56,030 nucleotides of DNA from Bordetella parapertussis (lineage in GTDB: Bacteria > Pseudomonadota > Gammaproteobacteria > Burkholderiales > SG8-39). Location: NCBI GenBank assembly GCA_945897475.1, contig CAMDFL010000004.1, positions 1-56,030 on the forward strand. The letters run 5' to 3'. This document shows positions 1-8,976 of the stretch, piece by piece. Every line of letters begins with the position of its first letter. The first letter of the stretch is position 1. The position numbers were made by a program, and so were the translations under genes. Below the pieces are notes generated by a model. It saw nothing but the letters and a program-made list of their open reading frames with translations. It was not told where the DNA came from and ran no database searches.

Positions 1-369
1 CAGCCGATCTACGATCTCATATCGCCGCGCGTCTCAATAGGCCGCGTTGCCCTGATCGGCGACGCGGCATTCGTTGCGCGCCCGCATGTGGCCACCGGCA
101 TCACCAAGGCGGCGCTCGATGCCCAGTGCCTGGTGGATTCGCTGTTGGAGGCCGGTGGGGACATTGATGCCGGTCTCGCAGCGCATAACCAGAAGCAGCA
201 GCCTTTCGGACGATCGCTGGTTGAGCGTGCGCAACTGCTCGGCAGCTATCTTGAGACCGGGTCAAAATCTGCCGAGGAACAAGGCGTCGCCGATCATCAC
301 CGCCGCCCCGAGGTCATCCTGCGTGAATACGGCGCGGCGGGTTCCATCCACGAGATGGGCCGCGCTTGA
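1..369 (+). CDS. FAD-dependent monooxygenase, C-terminal part (2,6-dihydroxypyridine hydroxylase-like); 5' end outside window
   Basis: Frame 1 is open from base 1 and reads QPIYDL...RVALIGDAAFVARPHVATGITKAALDA, the GD-motif of class A flavin monooxygenases; stop at 367-369. Confidence 0.85.
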   Translation, partial: QPIYDLISPRVSIGRVALIGDAAFVARPHVATGITKAALDAQCLVDSLLEAGGDIDAGLAAHNQKQQPFGRSLVERAQLLGSYLETGSKSAEEQGVADHHRRPEVILREYGAAGSIHEMGRA

Positions 370-1601
370 TCGCGGCGCCGGGTTCCGGGCGCTGGCTCCT
401 GCTGCTATGCGCCTGCCGAGCGCTCTCGGCCACCTGGTTTGTTGCCTACTCGGCGGTGTTGCCGCTGGTGCGCGAAGATTGGGATCTGTCGGCGCGCGAC
501 GCGGGAATGATTCAGGGCGCGTTTCATCTTGGCTATCTTGCGTCATTGTTTGCGGTCGGCCTGATTGCCGATCGATTCGGCGCGAAGCGCGCCTTACTGG
601 TAACGGGCGTTGCGGGCCTGTTGAGCCCGATCGCCTTCGTGTATCTGGTTGAGGGCTTCTGGTCGGCCTTATGGCTGCACGCGCTCACCGGCCTGACCCA
701 GGGCGGCTTCTACACACCACTCCTAGCCATGGTGAGTGAACATGTGGCGCGCGAGCGACGCGGGCGGGCGATGGGATACCTGATTGCCGCCTCGAGCACC
801 GGCTACGCGCTCGCGCTTGCGGTGGCGGGTCTGGTGCTGACCATCGCCGATTGGCGCGCGGCGCTTGCCGCCGTGGCGATACTGCCGGCGCTATCCTGGT
901 TGGTCGCGCTGGTGGCGATGCGGGCCACGCCCAATATTGTGCACCCACGGCCCGACGGACATAGCGTGTTTGCCTCGATCCCGGCCGTATGGCGCAATCG
1001 CCGCGGCATGCTCTCGGTGTGGGGGTATTCATGTCACAGTTGGGAACTGCTTGGACTGTGGGCGTGGTTGCCCGCGTTTCTCACCGCCGCGCTGATGATC
1101 AATGGCAGCGGCGCCGGGGAGGCGGCGGCGATCGGTCTGTGGCTTGCGGCCTTGACTTATGTGGCGAACATCGCCGGATCGATCACCGGCGGGATCATGG
1201 CGGACCGTTGGGGACGCACGCAAGCGATCCTGCTTTGGTCGTGCGTGAGTCTCGCGATGTCGTTTACGATCGGCTGGATGATCGCCTTGCCGCTGCTGCT
1301 GCTGGTTGCCATCGCCTGCCTGTATAACTTTGCCGCCATCGCCGATTCGTCGGTGCACTCGACCGTAATCGCCGAAAGCGTGCCGCCGCACATTCTGGGC
1401 GCGGCCTATGCGGTGCGCTCGGTGGTGGGGTTCGGCGCGGGGGTGGTCAGTCCGGTGGTGTTTGGCTGGGCGCTGGATCTGGCGGGAGGCGGCAGGAGTT
1501 CCGGCGATTCATTTGCCTGGGGAGTCGCCTGGATGACATTGGGCTTGGGCGGGCTGCTGGGGCCGCTGGCGACTTGGCGATTGCAGAAACTCGAGCGATG
1601 A
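366..1601 (+). CDS. MFS transporter
   Basis: 411 aa, about 12 hydrophobic segments, MFS motif A twice (GLIADRFGAKR, GIMADRWGRT); start overlaps upstream stop. Confidence 0.9.
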   Translation: MIAAPGSGRWLLLLCACRALSATWFVAYSAVLPLVREDWDLSARDAGMIQGAFHLGYLASLFAVGLIADRFGAKRALLVTGVAGLLSPIAFVYLVEGFWSALWLHALTGLTQGGFYTPLLAMVSEHVARERRGRAMGYLIAASSTGYALALAVAGLVLTIADWRAALAAVAILPALSWLVALVAMRATPNIVHPRPDGHSVFASIPAVWRNRRGMLSVWGYSCHSWELLGLWAWLPAFLTAALMINGSGAGEAAAIGLWLAALTYVANIAGSITGGIMADRWGRTQAILLWSCVSLAMSFTIGWMIALPLLLLVAIACLYNFAAIADSSVHSTVIAESVPPHILGAAYAVRSVVGFGAGVVSPVVFGWALDLAGGGRSSGDSFAWGVAWMTLGLGGLLGPLATWRLQKLER

Positions 1602-1700
1602 GCGCATTGATGTCCGTGGTCGCCGGCGCGGTGATCGGCAATGGAATCGCACAACCGTCGACCAGGGGGCACGAGGTGATTGCGTGGACCGAATACCAGT
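1598..1700 (+). pseudogene. Degenerate N-terminal remnant of a 3-hydroxyacyl-CoA dehydrogenase-like Rossmann protein
   Basis: ATG overlaps the MFS stop (ATGA) and reads MSALMSVVAGAVIGNGIAQPSTRGHEVIAW, resembling VVGAGxIGxGIAQxxAxxGHEV; similarity ends at the convergent TA gene. Confidence 0.55.
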
Positions 1701-1710
1701 TCGAATCGCA

Positions 1711-1938
1711 TTACGCCGCATAGCGCTGAATTTCCACTTCCACATGGCGATGGGCGGTTTTGTCGGCATCGGCGTAAACCCGGCGGGCGACGGGTTCGCT
1801 CAGGTAGTACTCGCCGCAGTCTTCGCAAATTTCAGCGGGAACATCACGAATTACCACCACAGTGTTTTCGCGTTGCAGAGTAACGGTGGCGACTCCGGGT
1901 TGGGTATGGCCGGTCTTGCAGATGGTGCATTTCATCAC
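1711..1938 (-). CDS. YgiT-type zinc finger protein (MqsA N-terminal-like antitoxin)
   Basis: 75 aa, CxxC (CTIC)...DVPAEICEDCGEYY motif; overlaps DUF4258 gene stop. Confidence 0.88.
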   Translation of the reverse strand: MMKCTICKTGHTQPGVATVTLQRENTVVVIRDVPAEICEDCGEYYLSEPVARRVYADADKTAHRHVEVEIQRYAA

Positions 1939-2219
1939 GCTCTCCTTTTCTTGAATTCCTCATCCCAAATCACGGGTTCAGGCCGATAAATCGTAACGAT
2001 ATGGCAGTCACCGGTTGCCGGGTCGTGCGCAACAACCGCGTGAACCGGCAGGCCTCCATGGAACCCCAATAACAAGACGCAGGGGAAAGGCTGCTCGTCC
2101 GGGTAATCCGCGATGATTTCGCCGCTTGCGACAATCTGTGCCACCACATCCGGATCGAATTCGCGCTGAAACATGCGTTCGAATGCATGGCTGGAAAAAT
2201 GCAGATCCTTGCAGTCCAT
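1935..2219 (-). CDS. DUF4258 family protein (predicted RelE-like toxin)
   Basis: 94 aa, FSSHAFERMFQR...GEIIADYPD...LLLG...PVHAVVA...IVTIYRP..W..F.RR pattern; typical pairing with YgiT zinc finger. Confidence 0.85.
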   Translation of the reverse strand: MDCKDLHFSSHAFERMFQREFDPDVVAQIVASGEIIADYPDEQPFPCVLLLGFHGGLPVHAVVAHDPATGDCHIVTIYRPEPVIWDEEFKKRRA

Positions 2220-2452
2220 AGCCTGTCCTTATGCAGACCACGCCGCCATGAGCATGTCATTCGCCCCATCGCGAAGTAAGTTGGAAGTCTATCACTGGGA
2301 CTACATGTCTCGAACGCTCGATCCGCAGCCTTTTTGATAGCCTGTCCAAGGCGACAGTATCGAAATCTACACGGTACTGCTCACTCGGGACGCGGGGTAT
2401 AGTGCTTTTTGCCTATGCCGGAATAGAAGAGGCAAATCCACCCGGCGAATGA

Positions 2453-2600
2453 TGACTTTGCCATGGTTTCACGTAAATCAGATTGCAGGTAAATTCTGAT
2501 GAACGGGGGGTCACAATGGGCAAGTAAGAGGAAGTTCCAAATCGGCAGTACACGGGTGAGTTCAAGGTAGAGGCAGTCAGTTTGGACGAATCGATTGGCA
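2453..2600 (+). mobile_element. IS3-family left-end remnant (putative IRL plus dead orfA start)
   Basis: TG-starting end TGACTTTGCCATGGTTTC at 2453; ATG 2516 reads MGK*EEVPNRQYTGEFKVEAVSLDESIG, the R-x-Y-x-x-E-F-K-x-E-A-V HTH start of IS3 OrfA, with an in-frame TAA at codon 4. Confidence 0.7.
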
Positions 2601-2798
2601 AAGGGCGCGAAACGCGCGCTCGTTAAGAACGCGATCGGCCATCTGATGCCTCGCTTCACAATTGGCGAACTCGCCCGGGTCTGCAAGGGCATCAGCCGAA
2701 AAACATTCGCACGGGCGCTAAGGGATCTGCAAGTGGAAGGGGCAGTTCGATGTCTGGGGCGCGGTCCCGATGCCCAATGGGAGCGGCTTGAACGATGA
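2598..2798 (+). pseudogene. C-terminal winged-helix remnant of a Fic-family protein
   Basis: KGAKRALVKNAI...FTIGELARVCKGISR...ALRDLQVEGAVRCLGRGPDAQW resembles the C-terminal wHTH of Fic proteins; no Fic catalytic domain upstream, abuts IS3 remnant. Confidence 0.6.
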
Positions 2799-2875
2799 GC
2801 GCATGTATAGGAAACAACCATGTTTGCTGACCTAGTAATGGGGTCAACTATAAAGCGACGTTTTTATCTCTCTCA

Positions 2876-5800
2876 ATGAAAATCCTCGAATACATCGGCC
2901 TGGACACCTCGCGCGTGAAGGCCGGCTATCAAAAGGTGACCGAGGCCATTGCCCGCCGCGACTTTCGCGCCGCGCAGGTGAAAAAGCTCGCCAATCTCAG
3001 CCATGGCAAGTTCTACCGGGCCAAGCTGGACGGCGCCGATCGGTTGCTGTTTTCCCTGGTGCGCCATGGCGACGAGGTGTGCGCCTTGATGCTGGAGGTG
3101 ATCGCCAATCACGACTACGAAAAATCGCGCTTTCTGCGCGGGGCGGCGATCGATGAGTCGAAAATTCCCGACATCGACGCTGATGAAGCGATCAAGGAAG
3201 CAGAGCCGGTGCGCTATCTGCATCCGGATCGCACGGCGATTCACCTGCTCGATAAACCCATCTCTTTCGACGATACCCAGGACACTATCTTCCATCTGCC
3301 GCCGCCCCTGATCGTGGTGGGCAGCGCCGGCAGCGGCAAGACGGCGCTCACGCTGGAGAAGATGAAGCGCGTGGAAGGCGGGGTGCTCTATGTCACCCAA
3401 TCGGCCTATCTTGCTCAGAGTGCCCGCGACCTGTATTACGCCAATGGCTTCGAGCACGCCGCGCAGGAGGCCGTGTTCCTTTCCTACCGTGAGTTCGTCG
3501 AATCGATTCGCGTGCCGGCGGGGCGCGAGGCCGCTTGGCGCGACTTCGCCGCCTGGTTTACACGTATGCGGCAGACGTTCAAGGAGTTCGACGGCCACCA
3601 GGTGTTCGAGGAGATTCGCGGGGTCATCGCAGCCGGGGCCGGTGGCCTACTTTCACGCGAGGACTACCGGCTGCTTGGCGTGCGCCAGTCCATCTTCCCC
3701 GAGGCGCAGCGCGACGCAATGTACGACATCTTCGAGAAATATCGCTCTTGGCTCGCGGAGGCGAAGCTCTACGATCTCAACCTGATCGCGCAGGAATGGC
3801 AGGGGCTCGCCGCGCCGCGTTACGATTTTATTGTTATCGACGAAGTGCAGGACATCACCACCATTCAGCTTGCGCTGGTGCTGGCGACCCTGAAGAACCC
3901 CGCGCACTTTCTGCTTTGCGGTGACTCCAACCAGATCGTGCATCCCAATTTTTTCTCCTGGGGGCAGGTGAAGAGCCTGTTCTGGAAAGACGCGCAACTC
4001 GCCGATCGCCAGGAATTGCGGATACTTACCGCCAACTTTCGCAATGGACTGGAAGCAACGCGTGTCGCCAACCAGTTGCTGAAAATCAAGCAGCGGCGCT
4101 TCGGCTCCATTGATCGCGAGAGCAATCACCTGGTGCAGGCCGTCGGTTCCGAGCCCGGGCAGGTCGCGCTCATGTTCGATCGGGACACCACCAAGCGCGA
4201 GCTCGACCAGAAGACCCGCAAGTCCACCCAATTCGCGGTGCTGGTCATGCGCGACGAAGAAAAGGTCGAGGCAAGAAAGCACTTCGCCACGCCCTTGTTG
4301 TTCTCCATCCATGAAGCCAAGGGACTTGAATACGAGAACATCGTTCTCTATCGTTTCATTTCCGACCACCGCGCCGAATTCAGCGAAATTACGCAAGGAG
4401 TCGCCAAGGCAGATCTTGCTATTGAAGAGCTGGATTACCGGCGGGGCAAGGACAAGAGCGACAAGTCACTGGAGGTGTACAAGTTTTTCGTCAACGCCCT
4501 GTACGTGGCGCTGACGCGCGCGATCAAGAACGTCTATGTCATTGAATCGGATACCGGGCATCCGCTTTTCGGCCTGCTCGACCTGAGCATGGGCGAAGCC
4601 CAGGTCGAGGCCAGGCAATCCACCCTGGATGACTGGCAACGCGAAGCGCGCAAGCTCGAACTCCAGGGCAAGCAGGAACAGGCCGAGGCTATCCGCCGCG
4701 ACATCCTCGCGCAGGCGCAAGTGCCTTGGCCGGTGCTGGATGAGACCAAATTGAACCAGCTTCTCATCAAGGTGTTTCGCGAACAGGCGCCCGGCGGCAA
4801 GCTGCGACAGCAATTGCTCGAGTACGCCACTTGTTTCGATGAACCGGAGTTGGCGGCGTCGCTGGCGAGGGAGGCAAATTTCGGAAACGTGGAGAGCTTC
4901 CCGCAGCAACGCGTCACGATGGGACGCAAGTCCTACCTTGCGTATTTTTCGAGCCGGACGCGCGACATCCTGAGGCAGTGCGAACAGTACGGCGTCGAGC
5001 ATCGCCTGCCGATGAACCAGACGCCGTTGATGGCTGCCGCCGCCGCAGGGAACGTGGCTCTGGTCGAGGCCTTGCTTGAACGCGGCGCGGACCGCGAGGC
5101 GGCCGATCACTACGGCTATAACGCCCTGCACTGGGCGCTGCGCGAAGCCTTCGTCGATGCGAAGTTCGCGCGCGGTCCGTTCGCCGCGCTCTACGAACTG
5201 CTCGCCCCGGCAAGCATCGACGTCAATAGCGGCGACCGACTGGTGCGCATCGACCGGCATTTGTCCGAGTATTTTCTGTTTCAGACTTTTTGGACACTGT
5301 TCAAATCGCGCTTCACCCATCCGCAGCGACGTGAGCTCGGCGCGTTCGAGACCCAGGCTATCCTGGAAGCATGGCGGCACCTTCCCGCCAATGTAGTGCG
5401 CCCCGAGCGCAGCAAGCGCCAGCATTTGTCCGGCGTGCTTGCCCGCAATGAGGTGAAACGCGAATATGCCTACAACCGGGCGCTGTTCGTGCGCGTAGCC
5501 CAGGGCTGGTACCAGTTCAATCCCAGGTTGCAGGTGCGCCATCGCCAGGGCAATGATGAGCAGTGGACGCCGATCTATACAGCCCTCAATTTGCCCCTGA
5601 TTAACGAGTTCGCCAGCGATAATGATTGGGAAAGCGCCGCCGAACGCCTGGGTGAATTTCTAGTCATGGCGGGGCTGCCGGAGCGCACCATTCCGATTGC
5701 GGCCGAACGCGCGGTTGCGAGGCGGGAAGCGCTGTACCGGCGGCGGGAAGAACAGGAGGCCGCGGCGCGCGCCGCACTCGAACGCAACTGGCAGAAACAG

Positions 5801-5917
5801 CCGGCCATTTCTCCGCAATCGCTGTCGGTGGACGAACCGAAGTGGGGAACCAAAGAGGCCAAGCGCAGGGAGATAGAGCGGATACGCATGGAAATTGAGG
5901 AGCGCAAGAAGCACTGA
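2876..5917 (+). CDS. UvrD/SF1 helicase fused to a RelE-like N-terminal domain and C-terminal ankyrin repeats
   Basis: 1013 aa; GSAGSGKT (Walker A), IDEVQD (Walker B), GDSNQ, NFRN, IHEAKGLEY, LYVALTRA; ankyrin TPLMAAAAAGNVALVEALLERGAD...GYNALHWA; N-terminal KKL..FYRAKL...RLLF...HDY. Confidence 0.9.
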   Translation: MKILEYIGLDTSRVKAGYQKVTEAIARRDFRAAQVKKLANLSHGKFYRAKLDGADRLLFSLVRHGDEVCALMLEVIANHDYEKSRFLRGAAIDESKIPDIDADEAIKEAEPVRYLHPDRTAIHLLDKPISFDDTQDTIFHLPPPLIVVGSAGSGKTALTLEKMKRVEGGVLYVTQSAYLAQSARDLYYANGFEHAAQEAVFLSYREFVESIRVPAGREAAWRDFAAWFTRMRQTFKEFDGHQVFEEIRGVIAAGAGGLLSREDYRLLGVRQSIFPEAQRDAMYDIFEKYRSWLAEAKLYDLNLIAQEWQGLAAPRYDFIVIDEVQDITTIQLALVLATLKNPAHFLLCGDSNQIVHPNFFSWGQVKSLFWKDAQLADRQELRILTANFRNGLEATRVANQLLKIKQRRFGSIDRESNHLVQAVGSEPGQVALMFDRDTTKRELDQKTRKSTQFAVLVMRDEEKVEARKHFATPLLFSIHEAKGLEYENIVLYRFISDHRAEFSEITQGVAKADLAIEELDYRRGKDKSDKSLEVYKFFVNALYVALTRAIKNVYVIESDTGHPLFGLLDLSMGEAQVEARQSTLDDWQREARKLELQGKQEQAEAIRRDILAQAQVPWPVLDETKLNQLLIKVFREQAPGGKLRQQLLEYATCFDEPELAASLAREANFGNVESFPQQRVTMGRKSYLAYFSSRTRDILRQCEQYGVEHRLPMNQTPLMAAAAAGNVALVEALLERGADREAADHYGYNALHWALREAFVDAKFARGPFAALYELLAPASIDVNSGDRLVRIDRHLSEYFLFQTFWTLFKSRFTHPQRRELGAFETQAILEAWRHLPANVVRPERSKRQHLSGVLARNEVKREYAYNRALFVRVAQGWYQFNPRLQVRHRQGNDEQWTPIYTALNLPLINEFASDNDWESAAERLGEFLVMAGLPERTIPIAAERAVARREALYRRREEQEAAARAALERNWQKQPAISPQSLSVDEPKWGTKEAKRREIERIRMEIEERKKH

Positions 5918-5951
5918 CTTGGTAGTGAAATTGACAAGGAGGCATTCGGCC

Positions 5952-6517
5952 ATGCCAACGCTGGAAGAGCGCAACAAAGCCGTGGTGCTGCGGTTGAAGG
6001 ACGAGATCAGCAGCCAGGGAAAATTCGAAGTCAGCGGCGAAATCATGGCGCCCGGCTTCCGGCCCAAACGCCAGGGGATGCACAACCTTATCCAGAATGC
6101 GAGCGGAGAGGGCTATCCCGAGCCGGGCAGCCAGATGCGCGCGGCATTTCCGGACCGCGTGGACCATATCGAATTCATCATGGGCGAGGGTGATCGCGTC
6201 GGCATGGCGTGGCGGCAAACCGGGACTCACCTGGGCAATCTTTGCGGCATCGCGCCCACGGGTCGAAAAATCGATGTCTCTGCCGCGGGATATTTCCGGG
6301 TGGAAAACGGCCTGATTGCCGAGGCCACATTCATGCTGGACGAAGCGGGAATGCTGCAGCAACTGGGCGTGCCATTGCCCGCGCGCAAGGATGGCCGCTA
6401 TTTTGTGCCGCCGGCAACAGGCGAAGGCGAAACACCGCGCGCCGTGATCTCGGCGACGAATTGGGATTGCTGCTACAGACCGATGCCTTGTCGGCGTTGT
6501 CAGGCAACGCGCCGTAA
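5952..6517 (+). pseudogene. SnoaL-like ester cyclase, probably a two-domain gene with an internal deletion/frameshift
   Basis: RBS AAGGAGG before ATG 5952; EERNKAVV...AAFPD...EGDRV...GTHLG...GIAPTGRKI SnoaL motifs; after GEGETP a different frame gives RDLGDELGLLLQ, like the end of a second SnoaL domain (cf. LDEAGMLQQLG), ending at TAA 6515-6517. Confidence 0.65.
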
Positions 6518-6569
6518 AGTATCTTGTGCCTGACTTATCCGTTCGCGGGAAGCCAAAAGAGGAGGCCTA

Positions 6570-6686
6570 ATGAATCGCGCATCCCACACTCTGCTCACCG
6601 GCCGAATCCACATGGCAATGAGTTCGGTGTCTTCGATGTCGGTGCAGATACGCGCAGGCAAGCTCCGTGTATTGGCGGTGAGTGGT
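6570..6686 (+). pseudogene. Bug/TctC tripartite tricarboxylate transporter substrate-binding protein fragment
   Basis: RBS GAGGAGG + MNRAS joined directly to the internal Bug motif LLTGRIHMAMSSVSSMSVQIRAGKLRVLAVSG. Confidence 0.65.
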
Positions 6687-6754
6687 TGCATCAACAATAT
6701 TGCCGGTTTCGTTTTCAGCCTGCCGATACAAGCCAATTACAGACATGAAATGAA

Positions 6755-7441
6755 ATGCGCGGGTCGGGGACAATTACGGCATTGAGGTGGGCCGCGGCAT
6801 GGCCCGATGCGCTGGCATTCGTGACGGGGCTGGCGGTGGCGTGGCTGTTGGAGTGGCGCACGGGGGACCTGGTGTGGAGTATGTGGCTGTCCAGCCTGGT
6901 GGTCGGCTACGCAATGATCGTGCAGGGCGCATTCGCCCCGGCGGTTCTGGGATTTCGCGAAGGTTGCGTGCCGGCGGCATTATTCGCAGTGGTAAGCGGC
7001 GTGGCGACGCTGGCATTTTTTACCCTGCACTTTGGGATGTTTCACTTTGGCCAGGCGGCGTTCTTGATTGATTTTTTTCCGCTTGGCGAGCGTGGACAAA
7101 CCGGCGATTTTGAACACTTGATGCAGGCGCTGCTGCGTTACTGGTGGTTTGTTCCGGCGGCGGCCTTGGCCGAGCGAGGTGCATTCATTCTTCCCCCAAT
7201 GCCGCCTGCGCCGCCGCCGACATCGGTTAAAGGTACGGACATTGAAGCCCGTAAGGCGCGCCAATCCTACGGAGCGGCGCAGATGTGGCGGCCTTATATC
7301 AATGTTGTGCGCATGCACCTGTTGATATTTTTCTTTGCGTTCGCGCAATTCACCGATATCGGAAGTTTCACGGTGTACGCTGTGGCGTATGCGGCGTACT
7401 TTTTCCCTTGGCGATTATTGCGCCCGACCACCGCCACCTAG
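6755..7441 (+). CDS. Integral membrane protein (DUF6498-like)
   Basis: 228 aa, several TM segments, W...DLVWSMWLSSLVVGY, FFTLHFGMFH, PYINVVRMHLLIF motifs. Confidence 0.65.
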   Translation: MRGSGTITALRWAAAWPDALAFVTGLAVAWLLEWRTGDLVWSMWLSSLVVGYAMIVQGAFAPAVLGFREGCVPAALFAVVSGVATLAFFTLHFGMFHFGQAAFLIDFFPLGERGQTGDFEHLMQALLRYWWFVPAAALAERGAFILPPMPPAPPPTSVKGTDIEARKARQSYGAAQMWRPYINVVRMHLLIFFFAFAQFTDIGSFTVYAVAYAAYFFPWRLLRPTTAT

Positions 7442-7470
7442 AGCGCGAACTTCACCGGCAAGCCCAAGGC

Positions 7471-8883
7471 TCAAGCCCATCGTTTGAGGAACTCAGTCAT
7501 TCGTGTGACGAGCCTCCCATAGGGCGGATTGAACATCGCCACGCCACTCCAGCGTGACTGGCGAAACACGGGTTTTAATTTCGAGAAGGTCAAAAATCCT
7601 TCGTAGCCGTGGTACTGACCCATGCCGCTGGATCCGACACCGCCGAACGGCAAGGATTCCTGCGCAACATGCAGGAGAGTGTCGTTCACCGTCACCCCGC
7701 CGGAGACAGTTCGCGCCAGCACCCGCTCCACGCGCGTGGCATCGTCATCGAACAGGTACAGCGCCAACGGCCTTGGGCGCGCGTTCACGTAGGCAATCGC
7801 GGCGTCGATATCGCGATAGCCGACCAAGGGCAGCAGCGGCCCGAAGATCTCGTCCTGCATGACTTGCATGGCATCGGTCACGCCAGTCAAGGCGAGCGGC
7901 GGGATGCGTCGCGACGCGGCGTTAGGGGCTTCGCGATCCTTCGCCAGATTTTCAACGCGGGCGCCCAGCGCTTTTGCGTCTGCCAACACGCCCATGATTC
8001 GATCAAAGTGGTGTGCGTTGACAATAGACGAGTAGTCAGGCGATGCAAGAATCCCGGGATACATTTTCGCCACGCAAACACGCGCCGCGGCTATGAATGC
8101 CTGCTGGCTGCCCTCGGGCAGAAGAACGTAGTCAGGTGCGATACAGGTCTGCCCGGCGTTCAGACACTTGCCCACGAGAATTCGTGCTGCGGCGCGCTCG
8201 ATAGAAAAACCTGGCGCGATGATCGCGGGCGACTTGCCGCCCAGTTCGAGTGTCACTGGCGTCAGGTTTTCCGCTGCCGCGCGCATGACGTGGCGGCCCA
8301 CGGATGTAGATCCCGTGAAAAGCAGGTGATCAAACGGCAGCCGGGAAAACTCTGCCGCCACGGTGGCGTCCCCGTTCACCACCGTGATTTCCTCGGGGGC
8401 AAAATGATTACCAACCAGTTGTTCCATCAACGCGGCAAAAGCAGGGGTCAGCTCTGAGAGCTTGAGCATCGCGCGGTTGCCGGCGACCAGGGCGGCGGCA
8501 AGCGGGGCGATGGCAAGGAAAAGCGGATAGTTCCACGGCACGATGATGCCGGCCACGCCTAGCGGCTGCGGCATGACACGCGAACTCGCCGGTTGAAACC
8601 AAATCCCGGTCGGGCGCCGCGTTGTACGCATCCAGCCGCGTCCATGCGCGAGCGAATGACGAATGGCGGCGAGGCTTGGAACAACTTCGAACAAATCGGT
8701 TTCGTGCAATGAGCGATGGCCGAAGTCCCGATCGATTGCCAGAGCGATCTCGCGGGAATTGCTTTGCAGCAGCAAAGCGAGCCGACGCAAGCGCTCCGCG
8801 CGCAGGTCCCAGGATACTTGCGGTGCGGCCAGACAGGCAGCTCGCAGCAAATCAAAGCGCTGCTTTAGGGTTCTGTGTTCCAT
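7471..8883 (-). CDS. calB: Coniferyl aldehyde dehydrogenase / class 3 ALDH
   Basis: PWNYP, FTGSTSVG, LELGGKSP, NAGQTCIAPDY, EIFGPLLP, PFGGVG..GMGQYHG; start taken at MEHRTL (the ORF-track start at 9012 overlaps the divergent gene). Confidence 0.9.
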   Translation of the reverse strand: MEHRTLKQRFDLLRAACLAAPQVSWDLRAERLRRLALLLQSNSREIALAIDRDFGHRSLHETDLFEVVPSLAAIRHSLAHGRGWMRTTRRPTGIWFQPASSRVMPQPLGVAGIIVPWNYPLFLAIAPLAAALVAGNRAMLKLSELTPAFAALMEQLVGNHFAPEEITVVNGDATVAAEFSRLPFDHLLFTGSTSVGRHVMRAAAENLTPVTLELGGKSPAIIAPGFSIERAAARILVGKCLNAGQTCIAPDYVLLPEGSQQAFIAAARVCVAKMYPGILASPDYSSIVNAHHFDRIMGVLADAKALGARVENLAKDREAPNAASRRIPPLALTGVTDAMQVMQDEIFGPLLPLVGYRDIDAAIAYVNARPRPLALYLFDDDATRVERVLARTVSGGVTVNDTLLHVAQESLPFGGVGSSGMGQYHGYEGFLTFSKLKPVFRQSRWSGVAMFNPPYGRLVTRMTEFLKRWA

Positions 8884-8976
8884 ACCACTAGGGTAACTCA
8901 ATGGCTTTAAACTGGAGTTGATCTCGGTGCGGCATTCCACATCGACCCATGAACGTGCAGAAGGAGCGCAGCAGCG

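Noticed and set aside
2245-2337. Short + strand reading ...LEVYHWDYMSRTLDPQPF*
   Set aside because: Looks like a protein C-terminus but is too short to assign
4466-5542. Long antisense ORFs (e.g. 4466-5542, 18909-20015, 12358-13251, 14132-15001)
   Set aside because: Shadow frames of well-supported genes in GC-rich DNA with no recognisable motifs
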